DNA of 64,000 nucleotides from contig CAYZNI010000002.1 in assembly GCA_964479755.1 (NCBI GenBank), positions 5,633-69,632 of the forward strand, written 5' to 3'. This DNA is from Candidatus Woesearchaeota archaeon (lineage in GTDB: Archaea > Nanobdellota > Nanobdellia > Pacearchaeales > GW2011-AR1). The notes under the pieces are model-generated. The model did no database searches. It had not been told where the DNA came from and saw nothing but the letters and a program-made list of their open reading frames with translations. Position numbers and translations under genes: made by a program. This document shows positions 55,024 through 64,000 of this stretch, in pieces (the stretch's first letter is position 1; every line of letters begins with the position of its first letter).

Positions 55024-55743
55024 ATGACAAAATCAACAACATTTAAACGCCCAGACGGAAGAAAATTCAATGAATTGCGAGAAATTAAAGCCAAAGTTGG
55101 AGTTGTTCCAAACGCGGACGGCTCGGCAATGTTTGCGTTCGGCGACACAGTCGCAATTGCAGCCGTCTATGGTCCGAGGCAACTTCACCCGCAGCATATG
55201 CAAAATCCCTCCACAGGTATATTGAGATGCAATTACGACCTGTTGAGTTTCTCAGTCTATGAAAGAAAAAAACCAGGTCCATCAAGAAGGTCTAAAGAGA
55301 TATCCAAAGTAACAGAATGGGCTCTCGCACCTGCAGTTTTTCTGAAAGAGTTTCCAAACACAGTAATCGACGTTGAAATTTATATCTTACAAGCTGATGC
55401 CGGGACTCGAACAGCCGGAATTAACGCGGCTTCAATGGCTCTTGCTCACGCAGGAATCCCAATGCGCGATTTAATTTGCTCTGTTGCTCTGGGGAAAAAT
55501 GACAAACAACTTATAGTTGACTTGACTAAGGAAGAGGAAGATTACCACGAAGGTGAAGGCGCAACCGACTTTGCAATCGCAAAACTAGCAAACCACGACG
55601 AATTCACATTGATGCAGATGGACGGGAAAATTCAGCCCCTTCTTGTTCCAGAGTTAATTAACTTGGCAAGCGAGGCGTTCAAAAAAATCTACGAGGCACA
55701 AAAAAACGCCTTAAAATCTGTAGTGGAGATGGGAGATAAATAA
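55024..55743 (+). CDS. rrp41: exosome catalytic subunit Rrp41 (RNase PH)
   Basis: RPDGRKFNELREIK…DGSAMFAFGDT. Confidence 0.85.
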   Translation: MTKSTTFKRPDGRKFNELREIKAKVGVVPNADGSAMFAFGDTVAIAAVYGPRQLHPQHMQNPSTGILRCNYDLLSFSVYERKKPGPSRRSKEISKVTEWALAPAVFLKEFPNTVIDVEIYILQADAGTRTAGINAASMALAHAGIPMRDLICSVALGKNDKQLIVDLTKEEEDYHEGEGATDFAIAKLANHDEFTLMQMDGKIQPLLVPELINLASEAFKKIYEAQKNALKSVVEMGDK

Positions 55744-56564
55744 TGACAAATATGGAAGTTTCAAATTTGACAAAAGAGCGATTGAACAGGATGTTTTCAG
55801 AAGGAAAAAGATTCGATTCAAGAGGTTTGCTTGATCTAAGAGATTTTTCAATCGAGTATAATGTATCAAACAAAGCCGAAGGCTCTGCCAGAGTGAGGTG
55901 GGGAAAAACTGATGTTGTAGTCGGAATAAAGCTCGAAGTCGGAGAACCTTACCCAGACTCTTTGGACAAGGGTAACTTAATGGTTTCCGGAGACTTGCTT
56001 CCAATGGCCTCTCCAAGATTTGAGTCAGGTCCGCCAGGATTCGAGGCAATCGAGCTTCCAAGATTAGTTGACAGGACTATCCGAGGCGCTGAAATGATTG
56101 AGCTTAAAAAGTTAGTAATAAAAGAAGGCGAAAAAGTCTGGACAGTTATAATTGACGTCTATCCAATAAACGACGACGGCAATTTGATTGACGCCGCCAC
56201 AATAGGTGCTGTTGCTGCCTTGAAAAAATCATTCCTTCCTGAACTTGACGAGAGCGGCAGGATAGATTACGATAAAAAATCAACAAAGCCAATACCTCTT
56301 GAAAATATTCTCCCAGTTTCATTCAGCTTCTTCAAATTAGGAAACTCGTTGATTTTGGATCCAACTCGCGAGGAAGAAGAAGCCTGCGACACAAGAATTA
56401 CATTCGGAGTTTCAAAGCTTAATGGAGAAATAATGTTAAACTCCTGCCAGAAAAAAGAATTTGAAATTCTAACAAGTGACGAAATTTCAAAAATAATGGA
56501 AATAATTCCTAAAAAATACGAAGAAATGCAGAAAAAACTCCAAAGTTTTATTTCAACTAAATAA
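55743..56564 (+). CDS. rrp42: exosome subunit Rrp42
   Basis: RNase PH-like. ATGA overlap with rrp41. Confidence 0.8.
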   Translation: MTNMEVSNLTKERLNRMFSEGKRFDSRGLLDLRDFSIEYNVSNKAEGSARVRWGKTDVVVGIKLEVGEPYPDSLDKGNLMVSGDLLPMASPRFESGPPGFEAIELPRLVDRTIRGAEMIELKKLVIKEGEKVWTVIIDVYPINDDGNLIDAATIGAVAALKKSFLPELDESGRIDYDKKSTKPIPLENILPVSFSFFKLGNSLILDPTREEEEACDTRITFGVSKLNGEIMLNSCQKKEFEILTSDEISKIMEIIPKKYEEMQKKLQSFISTK

Positions 56565-56597
56565 AAAAATTTATAAGTCGTTTAACTTTAATATAAA

Positions 56598-56987
56598 ATG
56601 GAAAAACAAGAATTCACAAAGTACGAAACCGCAAGAATTATCGGAGCTAGGGGCCTGCAGATTGCAATGGATGCGCCTATTTTGCTTAAAATTTCTGAGC
56701 CTGAACTCAAAGCAATTCGCTATGATCCTTTAACCATAGCCGAGCTCGAGTTGCGAGAAAATGTTTTGCCAATAGCCGTTAGGCGACCTTCTCCTCAAAA
56801 AAGAAAGGAGCGTTTAAAGAGCGTCAAAGAGGATGAACTTTCTGATGAGGAATTGATAGCCAAAGCCCAAGAAGTGGAAAAAGAAATCGTCCAGGAAGCT
56901 AAAGAAATAGGTCTTGTCAACGAAAGTGAGGAAGACGAGGAAGAAGGCGTTGAAGTCACAGAGGGCGAAGGTTCCAAGGAAGAATAA
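56598..56987 (+). CDS. rpoK: RNA polymerase subunit Rpo6/RpoK with acidic C-terminal extension
   Basis: FTKYETARIIGARGLQIAMDAPIL (RPB6 signature). Confidence 0.75.
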   Translation: MEKQEFTKYETARIIGARGLQIAMDAPILLKISEPELKAIRYDPLTIAELELRENVLPIAVRRPSPQKRKERLKSVKEDELSDEELIAKAQEVEKEIVQEAKEIGLVNESEEDEEEGVEVTEGEGSKEE

Positions 56988-57027
56988 TTCTGCAAAAATT
57001 TATAATCTGATCTTTCCTTAATTTTGA

Positions 57028-58161
57028 ATGTTGCTAAAAAGAGTTGTAGCAAGAGCAATTAAGGATTCCCGCGGCGAGAATACCCTTGAAGTTCAAATTT
57101 CTGATGTCCGAGCTTCTGCTCCGGCAGGAAAATCTACAGGGAAATATGAAACTCCATCTTATCGCGAGTCTTTAGAATGGAATACAAAATTCCTCAACGA
57201 CCTGGAATTCAACCTAGAAATAAAATCCTTTAACGACTTGAAGAAAATTGAATCTCTGATTAAGAAAAATACAAAACTAAAAGATGTCAAAAAGTTCGGC
57301 GCAAACGCTCTCGTCGCTCTTGAAGTCGCGGTGCTAAAGGCTTTGGCAAAAGAGCAAAATAAAAAACTCTGGCAGGTTATCAATGAAAAAGCTAAAATCT
57401 TTCCAATTCCTGTCGGAAACGCAGTTGGCGGCGGATTGCACTCGCACAACAAGGATGCTCCTAAATTCCAGGAGTTTTTGCTCATTCCAAAATCAAGCTC
57501 TCCAAAAGATAACTTCGCAATAATGAAAAAAACCCACGCAAGATTAAAGTCCTTAGTTAAGTCTCCAGGAATGAATGATGAAGGGGCCTGGGAGACCTCG
57601 CTTCTCGAAGAGCAAGTATTAGAAATACTTTCAAAATTCCCTGAAGTAAGATTAGGCGTTGACGTTGCGGCTTCGAGCTTTTTCCATGATAACCAGTATT
57701 GCTACAAAGACAAGTGTCTGATATCCGACTGGCAGAGTTCTTTCATTAACAACCTAATTACTAAGTACAATCTCTTTTATGTCGAAGATCCTCTTCACGA
57801 GGAAGATTTCAATGGTTTTTCGAAAATTATTCATTCTGATAATCATCTTGTTGTTGGTGATGACCTAACAGCAACTCATATCTCAAGACTAAAAAAATCC
57901 CTCAAGTCTAACTCAATTAATGCTATGATTGTCAAGCCAAACCAAAACGGTTCTCTCTTGGAAGTCAGAGAAATAATAGAGTTTTGCAAAAAAAACAATG
58001 TTAAAACAATTTTATCACATCGTTCCGGCGAAACAATGGATTCTGCGTTGGCAGATTTAGCATTTGGATTCCAAACAGATTTTATTAAATGCGGAATTGC
58101 AACTCCTTGGCGTGAGACAAAGCTCAAGCGCCTCTGCGAGATAGAAAATGAAGTCATTTAA
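57028..58161 (+). CDS. eno: enolase (short form, 377 aa)
   Basis: …DSRGENTLEVQ…APAGKSTGKYE…MIVKPNQNGSLLE…SHRSGETMDSALADLA. Confidence 0.8.
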   Translation: MLLKRVVARAIKDSRGENTLEVQISDVRASAPAGKSTGKYETPSYRESLEWNTKFLNDLEFNLEIKSFNDLKKIESLIKKNTKLKDVKKFGANALVALEVAVLKALAKEQNKKLWQVINEKAKIFPIPVGNAVGGGLHSHNKDAPKFQEFLLIPKSSSPKDNFAIMKKTHARLKSLVKSPGMNDEGAWETSLLEEQVLEILSKFPEVRLGVDVAASSFFHDNQYCYKDKCLISDWQSSFINNLITKYNLFYVEDPLHEEDFNGFSKIIHSDNHLVVGDDLTATHISRLKKSLKSNSINAMIVKPNQNGSLLEVREIIEFCKKNNVKTILSHRSGETMDSALADLAFGFQTDFIKCGIATPWRETKLKRLCEIENEVI

Positions 58162-59203
58162 TTTTTTTATTTTAATCATTTTGTTTTTGTTGCTGATGAG
58201 TAATTCGTCTGCTCTCTATGGGCAATTAAATAACTCTCAAGTTCAAGATAAGAATTTTGAATTTTTCTTACCATTTGAAGGTTATTTTACAGATATTCAA
58301 AAAAATGCCTATCCAAAAAATATTGGAGGTAAATTTGTCGATGGGAAAATTGGAAAAGCTGTTCACTTAAATGGATTAGGGGAATACATAAGGCTACAGC
58401 GCAAATTCTTTGATCAATATGAAACCTTATCAGTTTCTTTATGGATTAAACCTGAAAAATCAGAAGAAGAACAAATAGTTCTTTGGCAGGGCGAAAGTGA
58501 GGAAGACTTATCTATTGAAAAAGGAGCCAGATTGATAGTTTCTCCAGATGGAACAGAAGTAATATTTAAGATGCAGGAAAATAATGAGGAGTTGATTCTT
58601 AATAGCTCAATAGAAAAAAATTCTTGGAATCATGTTGTCATTACGCTCAGAAATCCAAATTCGTTATCACCATCTGCTCGCCTTTTCGTGGACGGAAATC
58701 TCACTTCATCCATCTCTTTCGATGGCCGACTAAACACAGACCTGAACACCTCTCTATTCATCGGAAGACCAAGAGCTAAGAATTACTTTTTTAAGGGAGG
58801 CATTGACGAGCTTCGCTTTTACTCTGCAGACTTAAGCGAGCCACAGGTTAAACTGCTCTTTGATGAAGGAGTCTCTTGTTATAAAGACTCAGATTGCGGC
58901 ATCTCTGGCAAAACAATCTTCTGTAAAAATGATTCTCTTTGCACAAAAAATATTTATTTCTCTTGCATTTTGCCTGGAAAAAATTCCTATTGCCAAAACA
59001 TAACTAAAGATTTTTGTAAACAATGCGATCTGAACTGTTCAGAAGGAAAGTGTATTGAAAAGAGCACCCCTATTGAAATTCCAGAAAATAATTCACAAAT
59101 TGTGCAGCAGCCAGAAGCCTCGCCTTCATTTTTTAAAAAGCTAAAATGCAAGATTTTCCATCCATTTAGCAAAGAAAAATACCTGAATTGCCGGTCAATT
59201 TAG
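58148..59203 (+). CDS. secreted LamG/ConA-like lectin-fold protein with Cys-rich C-terminus
   Basis: Signal peptide. LamG pattern (…VSLWIKPEKS…SWNHVVITLRN…RLFVDGNL…LRFYS). C-terminal 10-Cys region. Confidence 0.6.
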   Translation: MKSFNFFILIILFLLLMSNSSALYGQLNNSQVQDKNFEFFLPFEGYFTDIQKNAYPKNIGGKFVDGKIGKAVHLNGLGEYIRLQRKFFDQYETLSVSLWIKPEKSEEEQIVLWQGESEEDLSIEKGARLIVSPDGTEVIFKMQENNEELILNSSIEKNSWNHVVITLRNPNSLSPSARLFVDGNLTSSISFDGRLNTDLNTSLFIGRPRAKNYFFKGGIDELRFYSADLSEPQVKLLFDEGVSCYKDSDCGISGKTIFCKNDSLCTKNIYFSCILPGKNSYCQNITKDFCKQCDLNCSEGKCIEKSTPIEIPENNSQIVQQPEASPSFFKKLKCKIFHPFSKEKYLNCRSI

Positions 59204-59505
59204 CAAACAAACTCAAATTTCATATTAAACTCTGAAGTCTTAAATTTTGATACATTGAACAATTGAGTTTGTCCAACCTCTCTACTTTAGTTAGCAGCAA
59301 ACCAAATTAAAATCTCGTGTGCTTAGGAAAATGGAACCTCTCTCCGTCTCGGGAAAGTTGTTTGCTTGCTTTCTTGATAATCCTTAAAATTAACTGAATT
59401 CCGAGGCTTTAGTGTCAGTTTCTTGACATTTCGTAAGAAATTAGAATTAAAGATTTTTCTCCGTTGAATGCAAAATCTTTTAAACCCCTATTTTCTCAAC
59501 TTAAA

Positions 59506-60285
59506 ATGCCAAGAAAGAAATCGGAAGAAAAAGTCGAGGAAACTAAATCGGAAGAAAAAGTCGAGGAAACTAAAGCTTCCAAAATAGCAAAGCTCAAGGA
59601 AAAAGCTGAGAAGCTTGCTGGTAAGATCAAAGAAGAAAAAGTCGATCTTGCAAAGAAAGTAAAATCAGACGAAGACGAGTCAAAATACACTCTTGCTCCA
59701 ATTGAGGATTATTTAAAATCATCTATACATCTGGGAACTAGAGCAATAACTCCTGATATGCGACCTTACGTTTACAAGCGCCGTGCGGATTCTCTTGCAG
59801 TTTTCAACACCGCTCTTCTGGATGAAAAAATTAGAGAAGGTGGAGAATATCTTGCGCAATTTTCATCAGAACAGGTCTTAATAGTCTGTAAGCGAGAAGC
59901 TGGACAAAAAGCTGTAGAATTATTTTCAAAAATAACTGGAATTAAGGCCTTCACAAAAAACTATCCTGCTGGAATATTGACAAATCCACAGCTTGAAACA
60001 TTTATGGAAAAGGACTTGATGTTAATTTGTGACCCTTGGACAGACAAGTCAGCATTTGACGACGCAAAAAGAATAAAGATTCCAGTATTGGCAATTTGTG
60101 ATACAAACAATTATACTCAAGGCATTGACAAAATAATCCCTGGCAACAATAAGTCAGCAAAATCTCTCGGATTCATTCTTTATCTTTTAGCTAAAGTTTA
60201 TTCTGAAAAAAGAAAACTCAAATTGGAGATTCCTCCTCTTTCAGAGTGGGTTGACGGCTGGGACAATCTAGTTCCACCGAAATAA
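59506..60285 (+). CDS. rps2: ribosomal protein uS2 with K/E-rich N-terminal extension containing a perfect 27-nt tandem duplication
   Basis: S2 core …LKSSIHLGTRAITPDMRPYVYKRRADSLAVFN… The start MPRKK was chosen at 59506. Confidence 0.8.
   Translation: MPRKKSEEKVEETKSEEKVEETKASKIAKLKEKAEKLAGKIKEEKVDLAKKVKSDEDESKYTLAPIEDYLKSSIHLGTRAITPDMRPYVYKRRADSLAVFNTALLDEKIREGGEYLAQFSSEQVLIVCKREAGQKAVELFSKITGIKAFTKNYPAGILTNPQLETFMEKDLMLICDPWTDKSAFDDAKRIKIPVLAICDTNNYTQGIDKIIPGNNKSAKSLGFILYLLAKVYSEKRKLKLEIPPLSEWVDGWDNLVPPK
59520..59573 (+). repeat. 2 x 27-nt perfect tandem repeat (atcggaagaaaaagtcgaggaaactaa) encoding SEEKVEETK twice
   Basis: The two copies are identical in the sequence. Confidence 0.9.
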
Positions 60286-60346
60286 ATTCAGTAAGTTTTG
60301 TAATTGAAATTTCCAGGAAATGAAACTAAACATTGCGAACAAAATC

Positions 60347-60354
60347 TTTATATA
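60347..60354 (+). promoter_or_regulatory. TATA box (tttatata) for rpoN
   Basis: Centred 26 nt upstream of ATG 60376. Confidence 0.45.
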
Positions 60355-60375
60355 CCTTCTTTTTGAAATACTAAC

Positions 60376-60573
60376 ATGATAATTCCAGTAAGATGCATGG
60401 GATGTGGAAAGCCTCTTGGCCACTTGTGGGAAGATTACAAAAAACGTATTGATGCGGGCGAGGACCCAGGCAAAGTTTTGGACGATTTGGGCTTGGAAAG
60501 ATACTGCTGCCGAGCAACTTTGTTAGGTCACGCAGATATGTTGCCAGAAGTTATGAAGTTCAAGAAGGCTTAA
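60376..60573 (+). CDS. rpoN: RNA polymerase subunit Rpo10/RpoN
   Basis: MIIPVRCMGCGKPLG…RYCCRAT. Confidence 0.85.
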   Translation: MIIPVRCMGCGKPLGHLWEDYKKRIDAGEDPGKVLDDLGLERYCCRATLLGHADMLPEVMKFKKA

Positions 60574-60791
60574 ATATAAATTTGAGAATATTTTCTTCTT
60601 TCTAATTCAGCCTCAGTTTTCACATTAATCATATATGCTAGTAGAACCGCATCAAACTTGTTAAGGCCTGATTGAGGATTTCTCGCAACCTCATTTATAG
60701 CTGTTCTGACTTCATTCTCAAAACAAGGAGAGTATCTATGCGCATGTAAATGTCCTTCTTTTTTCAAGGATAATTGAAAGTCGTATCTCAC
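60570..60791 (-). CDS. hypothetical 73-aa protein (possible RelE/ParE-like remnant)
   Basis: C-terminal …ELERRKYSQIY resembles the RelE C-terminus. No partner gene. Confidence 0.2.
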   Translation of the reverse strand: MRYDFQLSLKKEGHLHAHRYSPCFENEVRTAINEVARNPQSGLNKFDAVLLAYMINVKTEAELERRKYSQIYI

Positions 60792-60834
60792 AATTTTTAC
60801 ATTTAGTAATATTCAAAACAAATACCTAAGAAAA

Positions 60835-62121
60835 TTAATTCTTTGCCTTGACAATTTCAATGCAAACGCCAGCAGCAACTGTGCTTCCAGCGTCTCTGAT
60901 TGCAAATCTGCTCATATGTGGGTTAGCAGCCTGAGTTTCCAAAACAAGATTTCCAACAGGATGGATTCTAACTTTCGCAACGTCTCCGTTCTTCAAAAAA
61001 TCAGGGTTTTGGGCCTTTGTTCCATCAGGAGAAGTCTTTTCAATTAACTCCGCAAACTGGCACGGCACTTGTGCTGTGTGAACGTGAAATACTGGAGTGT
61101 AACCCTTTGCAATAACTGTTGGATGAGAGATTACTGCAATCTGTGCAATAAATTCTTCAACTACCTTTGGAGGGTTAGCAGCATCACAAATAACATCTCC
61201 TCTGGCAACGTCTTTCTTTCCAATACCTCGAACGTTTACTCCAACGTTATCTCCTGGCTCTGCGCTCGGCAATTGTTCATGGTGCATCTCAATAGTTTTG
61301 ATTTCACCTTCAATACCTCTGCCAGTTCTTCCAGGCAAGATTATAATCTTCTGACCAGGCTTCATAACTCCAGTCTCAATCTTTCCGACTGGAACTGTTC
61401 CAATACCTTTGATTTCATAAGCATCTTGCAAAGGCATTCTCAATGGTAGTTGTGTAGGCTTTTCAGGAAGCTTGAACAAGTCAAACTGCTCCAGCAAAGT
61501 TGGTCCGCTGTACCAAGATAAGTTTTCTGATTTCTTAGTCAAGTTGTCTCCCTTAAATCCAGAGATTGGAATAAAGTTAATTGTTTCAGGCTTGTAACCT
61601 GCTTGCTTTAAAATAACAGATACATCTGCCTTAACTTTTTCATATTCGTCTTTTTTGTATGCAACAGTGTCCATCTTGTTTACAAGAACCGCAACATCGC
61701 CAACCCCCATTGTTCTCAAAAGCCATATGTGCTCTTTAGTTTGCGGCTGAACTCCCGCTCCTGGACCAGCAGCAACAACAAGAAATGCAGAATCTGACTG
61801 TGATGCTCCTGTGATCATGTTCTTGATAAAGTCTCTGTGACCAGGCGCATCAATAATTGTAACTTCATACTTGTTAGTAATCAACTTTTCATAAGATAAG
61901 TCTATCGTAACTCCTCTTTCTCTCTCTTCCTTGAATCTGTCCATATAGTAAGCAAACTCAAATCCGACTTTGCCATGCTTTTTAGCTTCTTCTTTCAGCT
62001 TGTCAAGCTGTTGCTGTGAAAGACTTCCGGATTGAAACATTAAATGTCCAATTGTCGTAGATTTTCCATGGTCGACGTGACCAACAAAAGCAACATTGAT
62101 TACTGGTTTTGTTTTAGCCAT
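60835..62121 (-). CDS. tuf: translation elongation factor EF-1alpha
   Basis: [22 protein letters not shown]…, 428 aa. Confidence 0.9.
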   Translation of the reverse strand: MAKTKPVINVAFVGHVDHGKSTTIGHLMFQSGSLSQQQLDKLKEEAKKHGKVGFEFAYYMDRFKEERERGVTIDLSYEKLITNKYEVTIIDAPGHRDFIKNMITGASQSDSAFLVVAAGPGAGVQPQTKEHIWLLRTMGVGDVAVLVNKMDTVAYKKDEYEKVKADVSVILKQAGYKPETINFIPISGFKGDNLTKKSENLSWYSGPTLLEQFDLFKLPEKPTQLPLRMPLQDAYEIKGIGTVPVGKIETGVMKPGQKIIILPGRTGRGIEGEIKTIEMHHEQLPSAEPGDNVGVNVRGIGKKDVARGDVICDAANPPKVVEEFIAQIAVISHPTVIAKGYTPVFHVHTAQVPCQFAELIEKTSPDGTKAQNPDFLKNGDVAKVRIHPVGNLVLETQAANPHMSRFAIRDAGSTVAAGVCIEIVKAKN

Positions 62122-62145
62122 TGTAACAAAGTTTAATTTTGCGGG

Positions 62146-62153
62146 TATATAAA
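62146..62153 (-). promoter_or_regulatory. TATA box (tttatata on the minus strand) for the EF-1alpha gene
   Basis: Centred ~28 nt upstream of ATG 62121. Confidence 0.45.
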
Positions 62154-62360
62154 GTTTTCGCTTCAGTGAGCTATAAAAATAAAATCCCCTGCTTTGACTA
62201 GTTTTTTAACTTTATTAAAGCATATTCTTTATTGTCCAAAGATTAAAGACCTGAATTTATTAGACAGCGACTAATTGTAGAAAGACTTGCTAATAACTCA
62301 TGAGATTAGAATGAGATTAAAAAACATCTTGAAGAGAAAGTTTCGCTTACAAAACTAATT

Positions 62361-62972
62361 TTAGAAAAAATAAAGAATAAATAAAATCCCTAAAGTATTC
62401 AGAACAAAACTAAATAAAGAGAAAATACTGGTTTTAATCTCTGAAATTCCGGCCAGTAATGCCACACCCACCTCATCCGGGAGAGGCGATGCTATCACTA
62501 CTCCAGCCAATATGAAAAGTGTATAATTAATTAGTTTCTTGCTAAAACTTTTTTTAATCGCACTATTAGTGAGCTTAATAATCTTGATTTTTTTTATTTC
62601 ATTGAACTCATCAAGAAATGATAATCTAATAGTTTTAAAGATAGCGAAGTCTGAAAGAAAAGCTCCTGCTCCAGCGATTAAAGCAGCTGTAAAAATATTC
62701 TCTGGGTTTGCAACAATAAAAAATCCTACTGCAAAGGGAGTGGAGAAGCCAAATGAAAAAAGCATTCCTGCAATAAAAATTCCAAAATAACTCAAATTAC
62801 CCAGAGAAGACAAATTAGAGACAACTAGAGGGTTCTTGAAAAGGTAATAAGCTAGAATTATCATAACCACCATTAAAAATATTTTTGGAAACTTAAAGTG
62901 TGTAAGATACTTAAGATACTTTTTTATTTCGTACTCAACCTCTTCAATTTCCTCTCTATATTTCATTTTCAC
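62361..62972 (-). CDS. hypothetical polytopic membrane protein (DedA/VTT-like?)
   Basis: 203 aa with 5-6 TM helices. Confidence 0.35.
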   Translation of the reverse strand: MKMKYREEIEEVEYEIKKYLKYLTHFKFPKIFLMVVMIILAYYLFKNPLVVSNLSSLGNLSYFGIFIAGMLFSFGFSTPFAVGFFIVANPENIFTAALIAGAGAFLSDFAIFKTIRLSFLDEFNEIKKIKIIKLTNSAIKKSFSKKLINYTLFILAGVVIASPLPDEVGVALLAGISEIKTSIFSLFSFVLNTLGILFILYFF

Positions 62973-62994
62973 TCTGTTTTATATATAGGATTAA

Positions 62995-63068
62995 TAGCCC
63001 TGCGCGGATTCGAACCGCGGTTTATGGAGCCAGAGTCCATCGTACTTGACCAGCTATACGACAGGGCT
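62995..63068 (-). tRNA. tRNA-Gln (anticodon CUG), 74 nt, no encoded CCA
   Basis: The reverse complement folds as a cloverleaf: acceptor AGCCCUG/CAGGGCU, D-stem GUAU/GUAC, anticodon stem AUGGA/UCCAU with loop CUCUGGC, T-arm CGCGG-UUCGAAU-CCGCG, discriminator A. Confidence 0.85.
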
Positions 63069-63183
63069 GCTATTAAAAATTAACAGAATAAAGGTTTTAA
63101 AATTTTTCATTAATAGAAACAATGCATTATTTTCCCTTTATTAGACCTAAAGCTAAAAAAATGTTAAAGAAGAGTTATCAATT

Positions 63184-64000
63184 TTATCCTCTTTCATGTA
63201 GCACATCCCTATGCCCTTCCTTCTTTCTCTCAACTAAATCCTTCGCATGCATCACGCCTTCTTTTTCGTATTTATCTCTTGAAAATCCAAAATCAGATAT
63301 CAAATCGGCAGCGTGCTCTCCCCCAACGAAATGCGGTGTCAAAACGTAAGTCGCGCCGGCTTCATAAAGTCTCAAAGCTTCATCAATCTGATGCGAAACC
63401 ACTATTAAAATTGCTTTTTTATTGATTTTTTTAATTTCATCAATCAATAACAAGTTTGTCTCAGTGTTTGGAATAGTTGAGAATATTATTTTTGCTTCCT
63501 TCAACGGCAGCTCTGGAAGAAGCTCTGGATCTTCAGCGTCGCCATACCTGCAATCTATTCCCAAGTTTACAAGTTTCGCAATTGTGTCAGGATTATTGTC
63601 CACAACAAGAAAGCTTTTCTTGGAACTTTTAAACGCCTTTCTCAGGCTATATCCGATTCGGTTGTACCCAAATAAAATAATCTCGTAGTCTTTGTCTCTA
63701 TGGAACTTGCTCTCATCGACTTTAACGCCTCTGCGTTCAAATATTCTCAATCGTTCTGATAACGCAGAGTAAAGCCTATTATTATTCAAAATAGTATAGC
63801 TTGAAACCGTCATTGTTAAAAGCCCAACAACAGTGACTAAAGACAGCACACCCGGACTTAGATGCCCAACAGATATCCCAAGTGTAATTAAAATAAATGA
63901 AAACTCGCTGATTTGCGACACTGTCAATCCAGCTAAAAGCCCCGTTCTCTTTGTGTATCCAAGATACCCCAGGATTATCATCACTATAATAGGATTTCCA
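63184..64000 (-). CDS. CPA2-type cation/proton antiporter (Kef-like) with C-terminal TrkA-N/RCK domain; 5' part beyond window edge
   Basis: RCK motif …IILFGYNRIGYSL…VVDNNPD…GIDCRYGDAEDPELL. TM helices at the N-terminal side run to the window end. Confidence 0.65.
   Translation of the reverse strand, partial: GNPIIVMIILGYLGYTKRTGLLAGLTVSQISEFSFILITLGISVGHLSPGVLSLVTVVGLLTMTVSSYTILNNNRLYSALSERLRIFERRGVKVDESKFHRDKDYEIILFGYNRIGYSLRKAFKSSKKSFLVVDNNPDTIAKLVNLGIDCRYGDAEDPELLPELPLKEAKIIFSTIPNTETNLLLIDEIKKINKKAILIVVSHQIDEALRLYEAGATYVLTPHFVGGEHAADLISDFGFSRDKYEKEGVMHAKDLVERKKEGHRDVLHERG

Overview
Low-GC (~35%), tightly packed archaeal contig. Archaeal marker genes (EF-1alpha, PCNA, PriS-type primase, exosome Rrp4/41/42, RpoK/RpoN, Zn-type S14, L3-to-SecY ribosomal super-operon) and many TM-anchored, Cys-rich surface proteins point to a DPANN-like, likely host-associated lineage. 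Main contents: (1) a complete diversity-generating retroelement (DGR) at 1541-3645. A 78-nt template repeat (TR) and a variable repeat (VR) in the upstream target gene differ at 15 positions, all adenines in TR, and a GC hairpin follows the VR. The reverse transcriptase frame is broken inside an (AG)9 dinucleotide tract. (2) A Tad/archaeal type IV pilus-like locus (9.1-25.7 kb): FlaI/TadA-type ATPase, two separate T2SS-F membrane proteins, five class-III-signal pilin-like genes and several large Cys-rich or PKD surface proteins. (3) Replication genes (PriS-type primase with a long C-terminal extension, PCNA) flanked by two families of conserved intergenic repeats, one copy carrying a ~109-nt insertion bounded by 13-nt direct repeats. 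(4) The L3-to-SecY ribosomal-protein super-operon carrying five lineage-specific, translationally coupled extra ORFs of unknown function, plus low-complexity K/E-rich extensions on L22, S3, S5 and S2. (5) SBDS, proteasome alpha, exosome, RpoK, enolase, S2, RpoN, EF-1alpha and one tRNA-Gln(CUG). Other items: VapBC, a decayed HicB-like antitoxin pseudogene, a DUF3850 (ASCH-like) protein, a presenilin/SPP-like intramembrane protease, a secreted SNase-LTD nuclease, thioredoxin reductase, the CCA-adding enzyme, a TrmB regulator and the conserved archaeal Zn-ribbon/unknown/GTPase trio. Promoters are AT-rich TATA boxes (TTTATATA/TTTAAATA) centred ~26 nt upstream of start codons, implying leaderless mRNAs. 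No CRISPR array and no rRNA genes were seen.
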